Shown: positions 17,613 through 28,246 of the stretch, piece after piece | Layout: every line of letters begins with the position of its first letter | Position numbering within the stretch: position 1 is the first letter of the stretch | Origin: a virus | Taxonomy: Duplodnaviria > Heunggongvirae > Uroviricota > Caudoviricetes | Strand: one strand, 5' to 3' | Length of the DNA stretch: 64,000 bases | IMG/VR virus record: IMGVR_UViG_3300028042_000001 | Location: 92,944 to 156,943 of that record | The notes under the pieces: generated by a model | Told to the model about the DNA's origin: nothing | The model's database searches: none | The model's input: the letters and a program-made list of their open reading frames with translations, nothing else | Made by a program: the position numbers and the translations under genes

Positions 17613-20156
17613 TTGTATACATTTTGTAAAAAATATGGAAATAAAATATTTCTTAGAGAACATAATTCACCAGAACCATCATCAATAACGAAACACCATT
17701 GGAATTTATATTACGAATCACCTCATGGCAAATTTTCTTCTATTAATGGTAAATCGTTAAGAAGAGATACATTTTCTACTGTTAGAGAAGCTGTTAAAAA
17801 TCAGAAAGAAAATGAAAAATATGTTAATATTTATGGTGCTAAGACATTTGGTTATCAGTATATAAGAGATGTATTTCTTAATAGCCCTCCTATATCTCCT
17901 TTAGATTTGTATATTGCTAATATAGATATAGAAACTGGAAGAGATAAATATGGTTATTCTAGTGCAGAGGATGCTCGATGTCCTATTACATCTATAACTA
18001 TTCATGATATATCAAGAGATATATATACTGTTTGGGGGTATCATATTGATGGTTATGCTCCAAAAAAAGATAATGTTAGATATATTAATTGTAGTGATGA
18101 AAAACATATGCTTGATAAATTTACGGTTTTTTTAGCATGTAGGCATCCAGATGTTATTACTGGATGGAATGTAGAACAATATGATATTACTTATATTATT
18201 AATAGAGTACATAATATAATGCCTCATAGTGATGAGATTATAAAATCTTTATCACCTTTTGGTATTGTTAATGAAAAAGAATCTCGTGATGCTTTTGGTA
18301 ATTCTCACCAAATATATGATATTGTAGGTATATCTATATTAGATTATTTACATCTGTTTAAAAAATTCACATATAAAACACCAGAAAATTATAAATTAGA
18401 TACTATAGCTAATATGATTCTCGGTGATAAAAAAATTGATTATTCTGAATATGATAACCTTCAGGATTTGTATAATAGAAATTATGAATTATTTATTGAT
18501 TATAATATAAAAGATGTTGAAATTGTAACAAGACTTGATCATAAATTAAAATTATTTGATCTTATTTTATCTGTTGCTTATAAAGCAGGAATAAATTATA
18601 ATGATGTTGTTAGTCCAGTTACTACATGGGATATATTAATATATAATGCTGTTATGGATCAGAATATTGTTCCTTCTTGTCGTATGCCTTCCAGTGAATC
18701 TGGACATTATGTGGGTGCTTATGTAAAAGAACCTATTCCGGGTATGTATAAATGGATTATGTCTTGTGATCTTAATTCACTTTATCCTCATTTACAAATG
18801 GGTATTAATATATCTCCTGAAAAACGAATATCAGATAATGAATTACCAAAAGAATTATCTGATCTTCGCAGTATGTTAAATGGAACAATATCTGGTATTC
18901 AATTACTTCTTGATGAAAAATTGGATACATCTATTTTACAACATTATGATGTTACTCTTTCTCCTAATGGACAATTTTATAAAAGGGATGCTGATGGCTT
19001 TATTCCTGTTATATTAGAGGGGTTGTATGATGAAAGAAAGGCTGTAAAACGGTCTATGCTTGATGATAAACAAAAGATGGAAGATGATAATACTGTAGAT
19101 TTATCTGATCAAATATCACAAAAAAATACACTTCAAATGGCTCTTAAAATTCTTATGAATTCTGAATATGGAGCTATGGCTAATAAATATTTTAGATATT
19201 TTGACCTCAGAAATGCAGAAGCAGTAACATCTTCAGGCCAATTAGCTATTATGTGGGTAGCAAAACATCTTAATATATTTCTCAATTCTATGTTAGAAAC
19301 AGAAAATAATGATTATATTATTGCTATTGATACTGATAGTGTTTATCTTAATCTTGAATACCTTGTTGAAAAAGGAATACCTAAAGGAACATCTGATGAT
19401 AACAAAGTTGAAATTTTATCTAGATGGGCTACACAAGTACTTGAACCTAAAATAGATAAAATATATGATAATTTAGCTCAATATGTCAATGCTCATAAAC
19501 AAAAGATGGTTATGGCTCGTGAGGTAATAGCTAATAAAGGCTTCTGGACAGGCAAGAAGCGGTATGCATTGAACGTTTATGATAATGAGGGTGTTCGGTA
19601 TGCAAAACCTCATACAAAGATTATGGGGCTAGAGTGTGTTCGTTCTTCTGTTCCTGAATTTTGTAGAAATAATATAAAAGATGGTATTATTAATATATTA
19701 ACAAAAGATGAGAAAATGCTTCAAGAATTTGTTAATAATATTAATAATGATTTTTTAAAGCAAAAACCTGAAGATATATCGTTTCCAAGAGGTACTAACA
19801 ATATAGAAAAATGGATAGGGAGTGATGGATTTCCAAAAAAAGGATGTCCTATTCATGTGAGAGGGTGTATTGTATATAATAAATATCTTGATGATAATGG
19901 ATTTATTGATGAAAGAATAAAATCAGGAGATAAGATTAAATTTTGTAATCTAAAACAGCCTAATATATTTAGATCTTATGTTGTATCTTTTCCTCCTGCA
20001 ATGAATAAACATTTTTATGAAGAATTAGTTGAAAGTATTGATTATGATAAACAATGGGAAGGAACATTTTATAAACCAATAAATTCTATAATGGAATGTG
20101 TTGGGTGGAGTGCAGAAGCAATTAATAAAATAGAACAATTAGGAGAGGCGTATTAA
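17613..20156 (+). CDS. family B DNA polymerase (T4 gp43-like), TTG start
   Basis: exo motif ANIDIETG; polymerase motifs CDLNSLYPH (motif A), KILMNSEYGA (motif B), IAIDTDSVY (motif C); no intein or intron interruption. Confidence 0.9.
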   Translation: MYTFCKKYGNKIFLREHNSPEPSSITKHHWNLYYESPHGKFSSINGKSLRRDTFSTVREAVKNQKENEKYVNIYGAKTFGYQYIRDVFLNSPPISPLDLYIANIDIETGRDKYGYSSAEDARCPITSITIHDISRDIYTVWGYHIDGYAPKKDNVRYINCSDEKHMLDKFTVFLACRHPDVITGWNVEQYDITYIINRVHNIMPHSDEIIKSLSPFGIVNEKESRDAFGNSHQIYDIVGISILDYLHLFKKFTYKTPENYKLDTIANMILGDKKIDYSEYDNLQDLYNRNYELFIDYNIKDVEIVTRLDHKLKLFDLILSVAYKAGINYNDVVSPVTTWDILIYNAVMDQNIVPSCRMPSSESGHYVGAYVKEPIPGMYKWIMSCDLNSLYPHLQMGINISPEKRISDNELPKELSDLRSMLNGTISGIQLLLDEKLDTSILQHYDVTLSPNGQFYKRDADGFIPVILEGLYDERKAVKRSMLDDKQKMEDDNTVDLSDQISQKNTLQMALKILMNSEYGAMANKYFRYFDLRNAEAVTSSGQLAIMWVAKHLNIFLNSMLETENNDYIIAIDTDSVYLNLEYLVEKGIPKGTSDDNKVEILSRWATQVLEPKIDKIYDNLAQYVNAHKQKMVMAREVIANKGFWTGKKRYALNVYDNEGVRYAKPHTKIMGLECVRSSVPEFCRNNIKDGIINILTKDEKMLQEFVNNINNDFLKQKPEDISFPRGTNNIEKWIGSDGFPKKGCPIHVRGCIVYNKYLDDNGFIDERIKSGDKIKFCNLKQPNIFRSYVVSFPPAMNKHFYEELVESIDYDKQWEGTFYKPINSIMECVGWSAEAINKIEQLGEAY

Positions 20157-21247
20157 TGAGTGTATTAGATAGAGTATTAAAATCAATAAACAATCCATAT
20201 GCAACAATAGCAAAGGATGGTTTAATATGTGGTGATATTTCTGGATATATAGATACAGGAATTTATACATTAAATGGTCTTATTTCTGGGCAAATGATTG
20301 ATGGAGGATTCCCAAAAGGAAAAGTAGTTGCTCTTGCCGGAGAAAAAGGTACAGGAAAAACTTTTATATTACTTAATTCTTTAAGAAAATATCTTGATTC
20401 AAATTTAAAAGCAGAAGTAATTTTATTTGAATCTGAAGGTGCTCTTACTAAAGAATTATTAATAGATAGGGGAATAGATATTAATCGTGTTGCTATTATC
20501 CCTGTTGCTACTGTAGAAGAACTTCGATATCAATCTCTTGTTATATTAGAAACATTAGAAGAATATTTGTCTGAAACCGGAGAATATCCTGAAGTTGTAA
20601 TGTGTTTGGATTCTCTTGGTATGCTAGGAACAGAATTTGAGCAAAATACATCTAGAACTAATGATAATAAAGCTGATATGGGTAAAAGAGCGCAGTTAAT
20701 CAAATCTGTTTTTAGAAATATCACTCTCAAATTAAGTCTTTTACAAGTGTCTATGATTATTACTAATCATACATACAAAGGTATGGGAAAATATGATCCT
20801 ACTAAAATGGGTGGTGGTCAAGGATTAGAATTTGCCGCATCTATTATTATTTTCCTTAATAAATCTGCTGTTCGTGAGGATTCTCCGTCTGGAAAAGGAA
20901 AAGATAGAATTAAACATCTTATAGGAAATAATATTACTTTTATTGTGCATAAAGGTAGAATGACTATCGAAGGATCAAGAGCTATTTTAGGACTTGATTT
21001 TAAGAAAGGTATTGATCAATATGCAGGATTGCTTCCTCTGCTTATTTCTAGTGGTGTGTTTGAAAAGAAAGGATCATGGATTAGTCATAATGGTGATAAT
21101 ATAGCTCAAGGTGATAAACAATTTTATAAAAATATTGATGAAATTATTAATAATGATATAATTACAGAATTAGAACCATATATTGTAGAAAAGTTTTGTT
21201 ATGGAGTAGTTGATAAAAATCAAAATAAGGAATCTGAAGATGAATGA
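20156..21247 (+). CDS. uvsX: UvsX/RecA-family recombinase
   Basis: Walker A LAGEKGTGKTF; block VMCLDSLGMLG..RAQLIKSVFR..IITNHTYKGMGK..KMGGGQG parallels T4 UvsX (DSLGNLA..INHTY..MGGG). Confidence 0.85.
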   Translation: MSVLDRVLKSINNPYATIAKDGLICGDISGYIDTGIYTLNGLISGQMIDGGFPKGKVVALAGEKGTGKTFILLNSLRKYLDSNLKAEVILFESEGALTKELLIDRGIDINRVAIIPVATVEELRYQSLVILETLEEYLSETGEYPEVVMCLDSLGMLGTEFEQNTSRTNDNKADMGKRAQLIKSVFRNITLKLSLLQVSMIITNHTYKGMGKYDPTKMGGGQGLEFAASIIIFLNKSAVREDSPSGKGKDRIKHLIGNNITFIVHKGRMTIEGSRAILGLDFKKGIDQYAGLLPLLISSGVFEKKGSWISHNGDNIAQGDKQFYKNIDEIINNDIITELEPYIVEKFCYGVVDKNQNKESEDE

Positions 21248-21503
21248 AAATGATAAGATACCAATTAAAAACGAAAAAAATATAAATTATATTACAGTTC
21301 CAGATGGTGATTATGAAGGTGTTTCTTATAAGATTAATAACGTTGAAGTTATTGAAGATGAAAAGGGAAATTTTCTCAAATTTGATTATGATGTTAAAGG
21401 TCTTAATGAAGGAGACGAAAAAGAGTTTGAACATTACCTTGGAGATTTTATTATTAAATCTCTTGAAGATTTTTTAGAAACAAATAAAGGCAAAGAGATA
21501 TAA
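21240..21503 (+). CDS. hypothetical protein (start moved to internal ATG)
   Basis: AAGGA RBS 7 nt upstream of ATG 21240; overlaps the uvsX stop. Confidence 0.4.
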   Translation: MNENDKIPIKNEKNINYITVPDGDYEGVSYKINNVEVIEDEKGNFLKFDYDVKGLNEGDEKEFEHYLGDFIIKSLEDFLETNKGKEI

Positions 21504-21516
21504 TGGAATATAGACT

Positions 21517-22005
21517 TTAATAACTATAACATAAATGGTGATTATATTTTGTGCAAATTCTTTGTATATTAGATGTTAATATGTTGAAAAATAATCCTGC
21601 TTCTTTAGCAGAATAGAATATTTTTCCGTTTATTATCCATTTTTTTGAACATGGATTGTTTTTTCCTGTATGATATATAATCATCTTTTTGATAGTATTT
21701 GGAGAATGTTTTTTTCCTATTGCTTTAAGTCTTATTTTATTTTTGGTTTCTATAGAATGATGTTTTCCGTACATAGGATTTTCTTTACCACATGCATAAA
21801 ATGATAATTGACCAGATGACATATATTTCCATGCGAACTCACAACCAGAATCACCAGTAAGCATAAACAACCATTTATGAAGAGCAATATGATGTTTTAA
21901 TGAAACACGAATAATATTACAAGGATCATCAACAAATTCCTTTGATTTATGTTTTAATAAACAACGAGGGGTGATATGATGCTTGTGATAAATACATTTA
22001 GACAT
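21517..22005 (-). CDS. HNH homing endonuclease with NUMOD-like repeats (Mob-like); only minus-strand gene
   Basis: [32 protein letters not shown] core plus repeated NPMYGKHHS / [14 protein letters not shown]3-like motifs; inserted between uvsX and the helicase. Confidence 0.7.
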   Translation of the reverse strand: MSKCIYHKHHITPRCLLKHKSKEFVDDPCNIIRVSLKHHIALHKWLFMLTGDSGCEFAWKYMSSGQLSFYACGKENPMYGKHHSIETKNKIRLKAIGKKHSPNTIKKMIIYHTGKNNPCSKKWIINGKIFYSAKEAGLFFNILTSNIQRICTKYNHHLCYSY

Positions 22006-22106
22006 GAGCTTTCATCCAAAGAAAGTTTAATTTTAGAGAGGTATTTGAACTTGTAATTCTTATACCTCTTGTTATTATTTATACGTTTTAATTTAAAGGA
22101 GATACC

Positions 22107-23561
22107 TTGATACCAATTAGAATAGAAGAAGTAATCATCAACCAATTAATATATAATGAAGAATATTATAGAAAAGTATATCCTCATATAGAAAAAGATT
22201 ATTTTGGTGAGAGAATAGAATCTCTTTTATTTGAAGTAATTAAAGAATATGTTGATGAATATAAGGTGTCTCCATCTATAGATACAATATCACTTCTTAT
22301 CAATAAAAAAGATGGGATAAATGGAGACGAAATAGAAGAAATTAATGAATATATTAATGAGTTATTAACATCTCCTGCTAATTTTCCTAAAATTGATTCT
22401 ATCATAGATCAAACAGAGGATTTTTGTCAAGAAAAGTCTATGTATAATGCTATTGTTGATGCAATGGCTATTATTAATGGTGATGATACCAAACGGACTA
22501 AAAATACTATTCCTGAAATGATGAGAGATGCGTTAAAGGTTTCTTTTAATTCATCTATTGGTCTTGATTATTCAGAAGCAGAAGAGCGGTATGATAAACT
22601 GCATCAGCTTAGAAATAAATTAAAATTTGATATTGAAGCATTAAATATCATTACTAAAGGAGGTCTTGAAGATAAAACCCTTAATTGTGTTCTTGCTTCT
22701 ACAGGGGTAGGTAAGACTATTTTTATGTGCCATTGTGCCGCTTCTGCTCTTACTCAGGGAAAAAATGTTCTTTATATTACTATGGAAATGTCTGAAGAAA
22801 AGATTGCAGAACGTATTGATGCAAATCTTATGGATGTTGAAGTTGATGATTTTGAGCATATGGATAAAGATACTTTTGTTTCTAAATTCAAGAAAGTTGT
22901 TGATGGTAATGGATTTCTTAGCAAATTATTCGGTATAAAAAAGAAAAAGAAGTTAGGAAGATTATTTGTTAAAGAATATCCAACTGGTGCTGGTAATGCT
23001 GATCATTTTAGATTTCTTTTAGATGAATTACAACTCAAAAAAGGGTTTGTTCCTGATTTTATTGTAATTGATTATATTAATATTTGTTCATCTACTAGAA
23101 TTCTTCCCATGGCAGGATCATATGCATTTGTTAAATCTATTGCTGAAGAACTTCGTGGATTAGCTGTGGAATATAAACTTCCTATATTAACAGGAACACA
23201 AACAAACAGAGGAGGGTTTTCTAATTCTGATATTGATATGACTGATACTTCAGAATCTATCGGACTTCCACAAACATTAGATCTTTATATAGCTTTGATG
23301 TCTAATGATCAAATGGCTAAAGCTGGAAGAATTGCATTAAAACAGTTAAAAAATAGGTATAGAGATGAAAATAAGAATAGATATTTCTCTATTGGATTAG
23401 ATAAACCAAAAATGAGATTTTTTCATGTCGATGATTGGAATAAGAGTATGGATGACGAATCATCTCAAGAACTTAGACCTATAGAAGATGAAGATTTTGT
23501 AAATGTAGATACAAGTAATAAAATTAAAAAAACTAATAGATTTGAAGGAATTAATATATGA
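22107..23561 (+). CDS. replicative DNA helicase (T4 gp41 / DnaB-like), TTG start
   Basis: LNCVLASTGVGKTIFMC..GKNVLYITMEMSEEKIAERIDANLMDV matches the T4 gp41 Walker A / RecA-fold blocks; AAGGAG RBS. Confidence 0.85.
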   Translation: MIPIRIEEVIINQLIYNEEYYRKVYPHIEKDYFGERIESLLFEVIKEYVDEYKVSPSIDTISLLINKKDGINGDEIEEINEYINELLTSPANFPKIDSIIDQTEDFCQEKSMYNAIVDAMAIINGDDTKRTKNTIPEMMRDALKVSFNSSIGLDYSEAEERYDKLHQLRNKLKFDIEALNIITKGGLEDKTLNCVLASTGVGKTIFMCHCAASALTQGKNVLYITMEMSEEKIAERIDANLMDVEVDDFEHMDKDTFVSKFKKVVDGNGFLSKLFGIKKKKKLGRLFVKEYPTGAGNADHFRFLLDELQLKKGFVPDFIVIDYINICSSTRILPMAGSYAFVKSIAEELRGLAVEYKLPILTGTQTNRGGFSNSDIDMTDTSESIGLPQTLDLYIALMSNDQMAKAGRIALKQLKNRYRDENKNRYFSIGLDKPKMRFFHVDDWNKSMDDESSQELRPIEDEDFVNVDTSNKIKKTNRFEGINI

Positions 23562-23782
23562 ATAATATACAACATATAAAACCATTTTATGCTCCACCAG
23601 AAGTTCAAGATGATTTACGTGAAGATGGTTTAACGTTAATGGGAATTAATATATCAGGAAATTTTAAACATTATAATAAACGTCCTATGACTAAAAAAGA
23701 GATTGACAATATTATACAGATATTATATAATGTTCTTATTAATGAAAACAATTTATCAAGTGAATGGGATCAAACATCATAA
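23558..23782 (+). CDS. hypothetical protein (74 aa)
   Basis: ORF overlapping the helicase stop (ATGA). Confidence 0.35.
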   Translation: MNNIQHIKPFYAPPEVQDDLREDGLTLMGINISGNFKHYNKRPMTKKEIDNIIQILYNVLINENNLSSEWDQTS

Positions 23783-24651
23783 GGAGATATGTAATGATAG
23801 ATAAATGTATATATTGTATAGGAAACGATAAATATAATGAAATATCTGATGATTTATTGGTTAATTTCGGCCCTGCCGCTATATTTTGTCCTTATTGTGG
23901 TAGATGTTTAGAAAAAATAGATTATAAGAAGAAACAAAAACCTACAGTTAGATTAAGAGAAAATGGACTTGATACAGGAGAAACTGAAGAACATCATCCT
24001 GCATACGCTCAATTACAATTTTCTAGACAATCGGGAGGGTGTGATAATTTATATGGATCTGCTGTATCACATCAAGAAACAATTTCTATGCGTGTTAGTA
24101 GATCATATAAACATGTATCAAATTATTCTGAACGGTATTTTGCCGAACACACTCCTATTATTGAAATTAGGATGACTCATTCTCAGTTTTCACAGGCAAT
24201 AACTTCTATGAATATGGGTAGTGGTGTTCCTGTAACTCTTGAAATGTTAAAAGGTCAAAGATTTCCTAGATGTGAAGAAAAAACTGTTTCTGAAATAGCT
24301 AATGATGGATTAGATGAAACTTTTAATAATTTTGCTGATAAAATATCAAAAGGAGAACGTAGGCTTCATCAAATTATAGAAAAAAAGGGTACTATTCTAA
24401 AAAAAGAAAGAGAAGAAATTATCAATATATATAATATGTTGATGCAAGAGTTGAGAGATAATATACCATTTCTTCATAAGTGTATGGTTGAAGCTTATGA
24501 AAAAACTGCTCAAAGTTCTAAAGCGGATATAGAGGCATTTTATACGAATGCAATAATGCGGATGGGAGAAGAAGCAATAAATCATAAAAAAATAAATCAT
24601 ATATTAAATGATTCAGGAAGCCTTGATATTATTGATGTGGAGGAAATATGA
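23764..24651 (+). CDS. hypothetical protein with N-terminal zinc ribbon
   Basis: CIYCIGN..CPYCGRC pattern; 295 aa. Confidence 0.45.
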   Translation: MGSNIIRRYVMIDKCIYCIGNDKYNEISDDLLVNFGPAAIFCPYCGRCLEKIDYKKKQKPTVRLRENGLDTGETEEHHPAYAQLQFSRQSGGCDNLYGSAVSHQETISMRVSRSYKHVSNYSERYFAEHTPIIEIRMTHSQFSQAITSMNMGSGVPVTLEMLKGQRFPRCEEKTVSEIANDGLDETFNNFADKISKGERRLHQIIEKKGTILKKEREEIINIYNMLMQELRDNIPFLHKCMVEAYEKTAQSSKADIEAFYTNAIMRMGEEAINHKKINHILNDSGSLDIIDVEEI

Positions 24652-25385
24652 AATTAGCATTTGGTAGTGATTTCCATTTTGAGTTTTATCATAGTATAAT
24701 TGATGCAAAAAAAATGATATCAAAATGGAAATTTGATAAAGATACCGACATGATTGTTATAGCAGGAGATCTTCATGTTGGTGCTAAAAAAGTATTTAAA
24801 TTATTAACATTTATATATGATATACATAAAATTCCTATTATATATGTTCCCGGAAATCATGAATACTATAATTCATCATTTTATAGAGAAAATGATCATT
24901 TTTATAGAAAAGGTATAAGTCACGAAGGAAAATTTTATATTCTTTTACAAAATAGCGTATCATTTGGTGATAAGAAATTTTATGGATGTATGGGTAATAT
25001 TGATGGTTCTTATAAGCATATTTCTATAGATACTCATGGATCATTAAATGACTTCCATAAGATCAAAGACTTTAATAAACATGATGCTAAGGGAAGACGA
25101 GAATTTGATTTTTTGCTTAAAAATGTAGAAAAAGATTCTGTTGTTATTACTCACACCATGCCTTCACCTAAATGTATTTCAGAACGATATAAAGGGGATC
25201 ATTATAATCCTTGTTTTACTAATGATTGGTCTGAGATAATATACACAAATGAACCAAGAGTTTGGATTTGTGGTCATACTCATGATAGTGTTAATATACA
25301 AATTGATAATACTTTTGTTGTTGCTAATCCTTTTGGATATCCACATGAAAATGTTAATTGGGAATGGGTGAATATTCATGTGTGA
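24648..25385 (+). CDS. calcineurin-like metallophosphoesterase
   Basis: motifs GSDFHFE, AGDLHVG (GDxHG), PGNHEYY (GNHE), CGHTHD (GHTH). Confidence 0.75.
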   Translation: MKLAFGSDFHFEFYHSIIDAKKMISKWKFDKDTDMIVIAGDLHVGAKKVFKLLTFIYDIHKIPIIYVPGNHEYYNSSFYRENDHFYRKGISHEGKFYILLQNSVSFGDKKFYGCMGNIDGSYKHISIDTHGSLNDFHKIKDFNKHDAKGRREFDFLLKNVEKDSVVITHTMPSPKCISERYKGDHYNPCFTNDWSEIIYTNEPRVWICGHTHDSVNIQIDNTFVVANPFGYPHENVNWEWVNIHV

Positions 25386-25821
25386 TGACATATTAGAATT
25401 TCAGGGTGAATATAGATGGTTGTCTAATTTTTGGCCTGTAATTATACAATATGAAGGGTATAAATTTCCTTCTAATGAGCATTTTTATCAAGCTATGAAA
25501 TTTAAAGAAACTCGTTGGGATTTTTTTACTAAATGCAGAAATCCTAAAAAAGAAGCAAGGAAAATTCCCTATAATTATACACATAACCTATGGAATAAAT
25601 ATAAAGTTGGTATTATGTGGGCAGGACTTCATATTAAATTTCAAGATTATATATTAAAAGACAAATTATTAAATACTGGTAATGTTGAAATTGTTGAAGG
25701 TAATAGTTGGCATGATAATTTCTGGGGAAATTGTTTGTGTGATAAATGCAAGAATATTGATGGAGAAAATATTCTTGGAAAATATTTGATGTTGATAAGA
25801 GAGGAAATAAAAAATGGATAA
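25378..25821 (+). CDS. NADAR (YbiA/DUF1768) domain protein
   Basis: FQGEYRWLSNFWP..YKFPSNEHFYQAMKF signature of the NADAR family. Confidence 0.75.
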   Translation: MCDDILEFQGEYRWLSNFWPVIIQYEGYKFPSNEHFYQAMKFKETRWDFFTKCRNPKKEARKIPYNYTHNLWNKYKVGIMWAGLHIKFQDYILKDKLLNTGNVEIVEGNSWHDNFWGNCLCDKCKNIDGENILGKYLMLIREEIKNG

Positions 25822-26761
25822 TAAACGAAGATTTTTATTAACGCATTATGATCTTGATGGTGTTGCGGCTGATATTTTGATGTCTAACATGTATATGTTT
25901 GAAAAGAAGCATATGTGTGGCTACGCAAAAATAAAAGAGAAAATTGATAATGGAGAATTGAGTGGGTATGATTCTGGTGTTATTACTGATGTTAGTCTTG
26001 CACCAGAACAATTTTCTTTTATTTCTAAAGAATATAAAGATAAATTATTATATATTGATCATCATAAACCTAGTATTAATGCCGTTAGTAATAATGAATA
26101 TAAATCTACATGTGTTGTTGATACAACATTCAGTGCCTCTGGGTTGATATTTCAAACTTTTTTCAAGAAATTAAAAAAAGTTCCTCATGTTGTTGATTTT
26201 GTTATTGCAGTTGATGCTTATGATATGTGGAGAATAGATACCAATATAGATAATTTTAAGAAAGGGTATGATCTTAATGTTCTTTTTTGGAAATATGGAT
26301 ATTTTGATTTTTATGATCGTTTTTTTGATAATATGTCTTTTAACTTTTCAAGCACAGAAAAAAAATATATAAGTGATCATAAAAAAGAAAGAGATGATCA
26401 TATAATTCATTCTGATAAAACAGATTTCGGTAATAATTCTCTTTTGGTATTAGATGCTCCTGCTGATTATGTTAATGATTTTACTATTCAATTACCAGAT
26501 TATGATATATATTTTATGGTTTGTACGACTAGAGAAGGTACATTAACTCTTTCTATGAGATCCAAATTAAATGGAGTTGAAAGTGATCTTGGTAATGTAG
26601 CAAAAAATGCAAAAAATATGTTTGATTATATTATATCTGCTGGTGGTCATCCTAAAGCCGCTGGTATTGATTTTTTTGAAAATACATCTATTGATGATAT
26701 TCTTACTGTTGTTGAATATGTTAATGATACTATGGAAGCTAATGAGTTAATTCCATTTTGA
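25814..26761 (+). CDS. DHH/DHHA1 family phosphoesterase (NrnA-like)
   Basis: motif I THYDLDGVAAD, motif III IDHHKP, DHHA1 SAGGHPKAAG. Confidence 0.7.
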   Translation: MDNKRRFLLTHYDLDGVAADILMSNMYMFEKKHMCGYAKIKEKIDNGELSGYDSGVITDVSLAPEQFSFISKEYKDKLLYIDHHKPSINAVSNNEYKSTCVVDTTFSASGLIFQTFFKKLKKVPHVVDFVIAVDAYDMWRIDTNIDNFKKGYDLNVLFWKYGYFDFYDRFFDNMSFNFSSTEKKYISDHKKERDDHIIHSDKTDFGNNSLLVLDAPADYVNDFTIQLPDYDIYFMVCTTREGTLTLSMRSKLNGVESDLGNVAKNAKNMFDYIISAGGHPKAAGIDFFENTSIDDILTVVEYVNDTMEANELIPF

Positions 26762-27054
26762 ATAATCTTAATAAGAATCAAAAGAAATTTATTACTTATG
26801 CATTAAACCATTTTGGTGATGAATCTGATAATATACGATTAAAAGATTTAAATTCTTTTGCAAAAGATAATGATTTAATTCTTCCTACATCATTTTTAAA
26901 GAATCATTGCCGTAAAAATCAACAAACAAGAGGGTATTATGATTTGACTCTTGCAGGTATAAAACCAAAAATAAAATCAAAAGTAGAAGAATCATTATTG
27001 GAATTTAAAAGTTCAGAAAATGTGATTTTGGATACTTCAGCTTTTATTAAATAA
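26758..27054 (+). CDS. hypothetical protein (TTG start?)
   Basis: ORF only; followed by terminator. Confidence 0.3.
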   Translation: MNNLNKNQKKFITYALNHFGDESDNIRLKDLNSFAKDNDLILPTSFLKNHCRKNQQTRGYYDLTLAGIKPKIKSKVEESLLEFKSSENVILDTSAFIK

Positions 27055-27076
27055 AAAAAATAATTAATTATTTCAA

Positions 27077-27109
27077 GGGATATAGCATAAATGCTATATC
27101 CCTTTTTTT
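27077..27109 (+). terminator. rho-independent terminator
   Basis: GGGATATAGCAT..ATGCTATATCCC hairpin plus TTTTTTT. Confidence 0.65.
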
Positions 27110-27148
27110 GTTTGTTATAAATAATAGTATAAAATTAGAGGATAAAAT

Positions 27149-27376
27149 ATGTCAGTAGAAAAATCATATGAAGAATTTGTAATTATTCATGAAAAAAAGC
27201 TTATGTCTAAGGATGTTGATTCTGTAGAGAATGGCATTGTTAGTGTTATTAACAGAGCATCATCTATATTAGGAAATATAGATGATGGTGAGTTAGATAA
27301 AGTTAATGAATTGTTTGATAAAGGAATGTTATTATTAAAGAAAATACTTAACAAACATGATTTATATGAAATATGA
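27149..27376 (+). CDS. hypothetical protein (75 aa)
   Basis: ORF with GAGGA RBS. Confidence 0.35.
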   Translation: MSVEKSYEEFVIIHEKKLMSKDVDSVENGIVSVINRASSILGNIDDGELDKVNELFDKGMLLLKKILNKHDLYEI

Positions 27377-27888
27377 ATAAATTATTTAAAGAATTTATAT
27401 TAGAAATTGCTAGAATTGTTCGGTTTGATCAAGATATAGCAGATAATATACAAAAAACATACATATCTAAAAATTCAAAAAATGATAATAAAGATGTTTT
27501 GTTATTATATAATAAAATAAATAATATTGCTAAAAAATATAATGCTAAGATAGATAAAACATCTTTCATAGGTCATTTAAATGATAGAATAGTTGAACGT
27601 AATATTTCTTATGATGATATATTTAAATTATTTCTTAAAGTATCTAAACAAACATCATTTTTTGATGATTTATCAATCCAAAATAAAGGATATATAAATC
27701 ACCAACGAAGAAAATATGGCCCTCAAATTCTTTATCCTTCTAAAAATATACACATCGGAACAGAAATTACTAAAGAAAATGGAAAATATAATATAGTGGT
27801 TAGATCTGTAATGGGTAAATATAGTTCAGGAACTATAAAAAAATTAAAGAAATGGACACCAACACCAAAATTGTATTTTGTAAAATAA
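27373..27888 (+). CDS. hypothetical protein (171 aa)
   Basis: ORF, ATGA overlap with upstream gene. Confidence 0.4.
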   Translation: MNKLFKEFILEIARIVRFDQDIADNIQKTYISKNSKNDNKDVLLLYNKINNIAKKYNAKIDKTSFIGHLNDRIVERNISYDDIFKLFLKVSKQTSFFDDLSIQNKGYINHQRRKYGPQILYPSKNIHIGTEITKENGKYNIVVRSVMGKYSSGTIKKLKKWTPTPKLYFVK

Positions 27889-27889
27889 T

Positions 27890-28246
27890 ATGGATATATT
27901 AACAGAAGAAAATTATATAGGAGTTGCTATGCATCATTATGATAATATTCAATGTAATACTATTGAAGAATTTCAAAACGATATGTATAGGATTATTTGT
28001 ATAAAAAAATTAATAGACAGATATATATCTTCAGGAAACATAAATTTAAGACTTATACTAAACCATATAATTGTTATTAATAATTCTTTTGGAGAAATTA
28101 CATTTGAATTATTAAAACTAAGACTTGGAAATAAATATTATCCAGTGATCAAAGCGATTTTAGTATTTTTAAAATATATAGAGTCTGATATATGGAATGA
28201 AATACAAGAAGATTCTAAAATATTTAACGAACTTAGGAGATTATAA
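27890..28246 (+). CDS. hypothetical protein (118 aa)
   Basis: ORF. Confidence 0.4.
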   Translation: MDILTEENYIGVAMHHYDNIQCNTIEEFQNDMYRIICIKKLIDRYISSGNINLRLILNHIIVINNSFGEITFELLKLRLGNKYYPVIKAILVFLKYIESDIWNEIQEDSKIFNELRRL

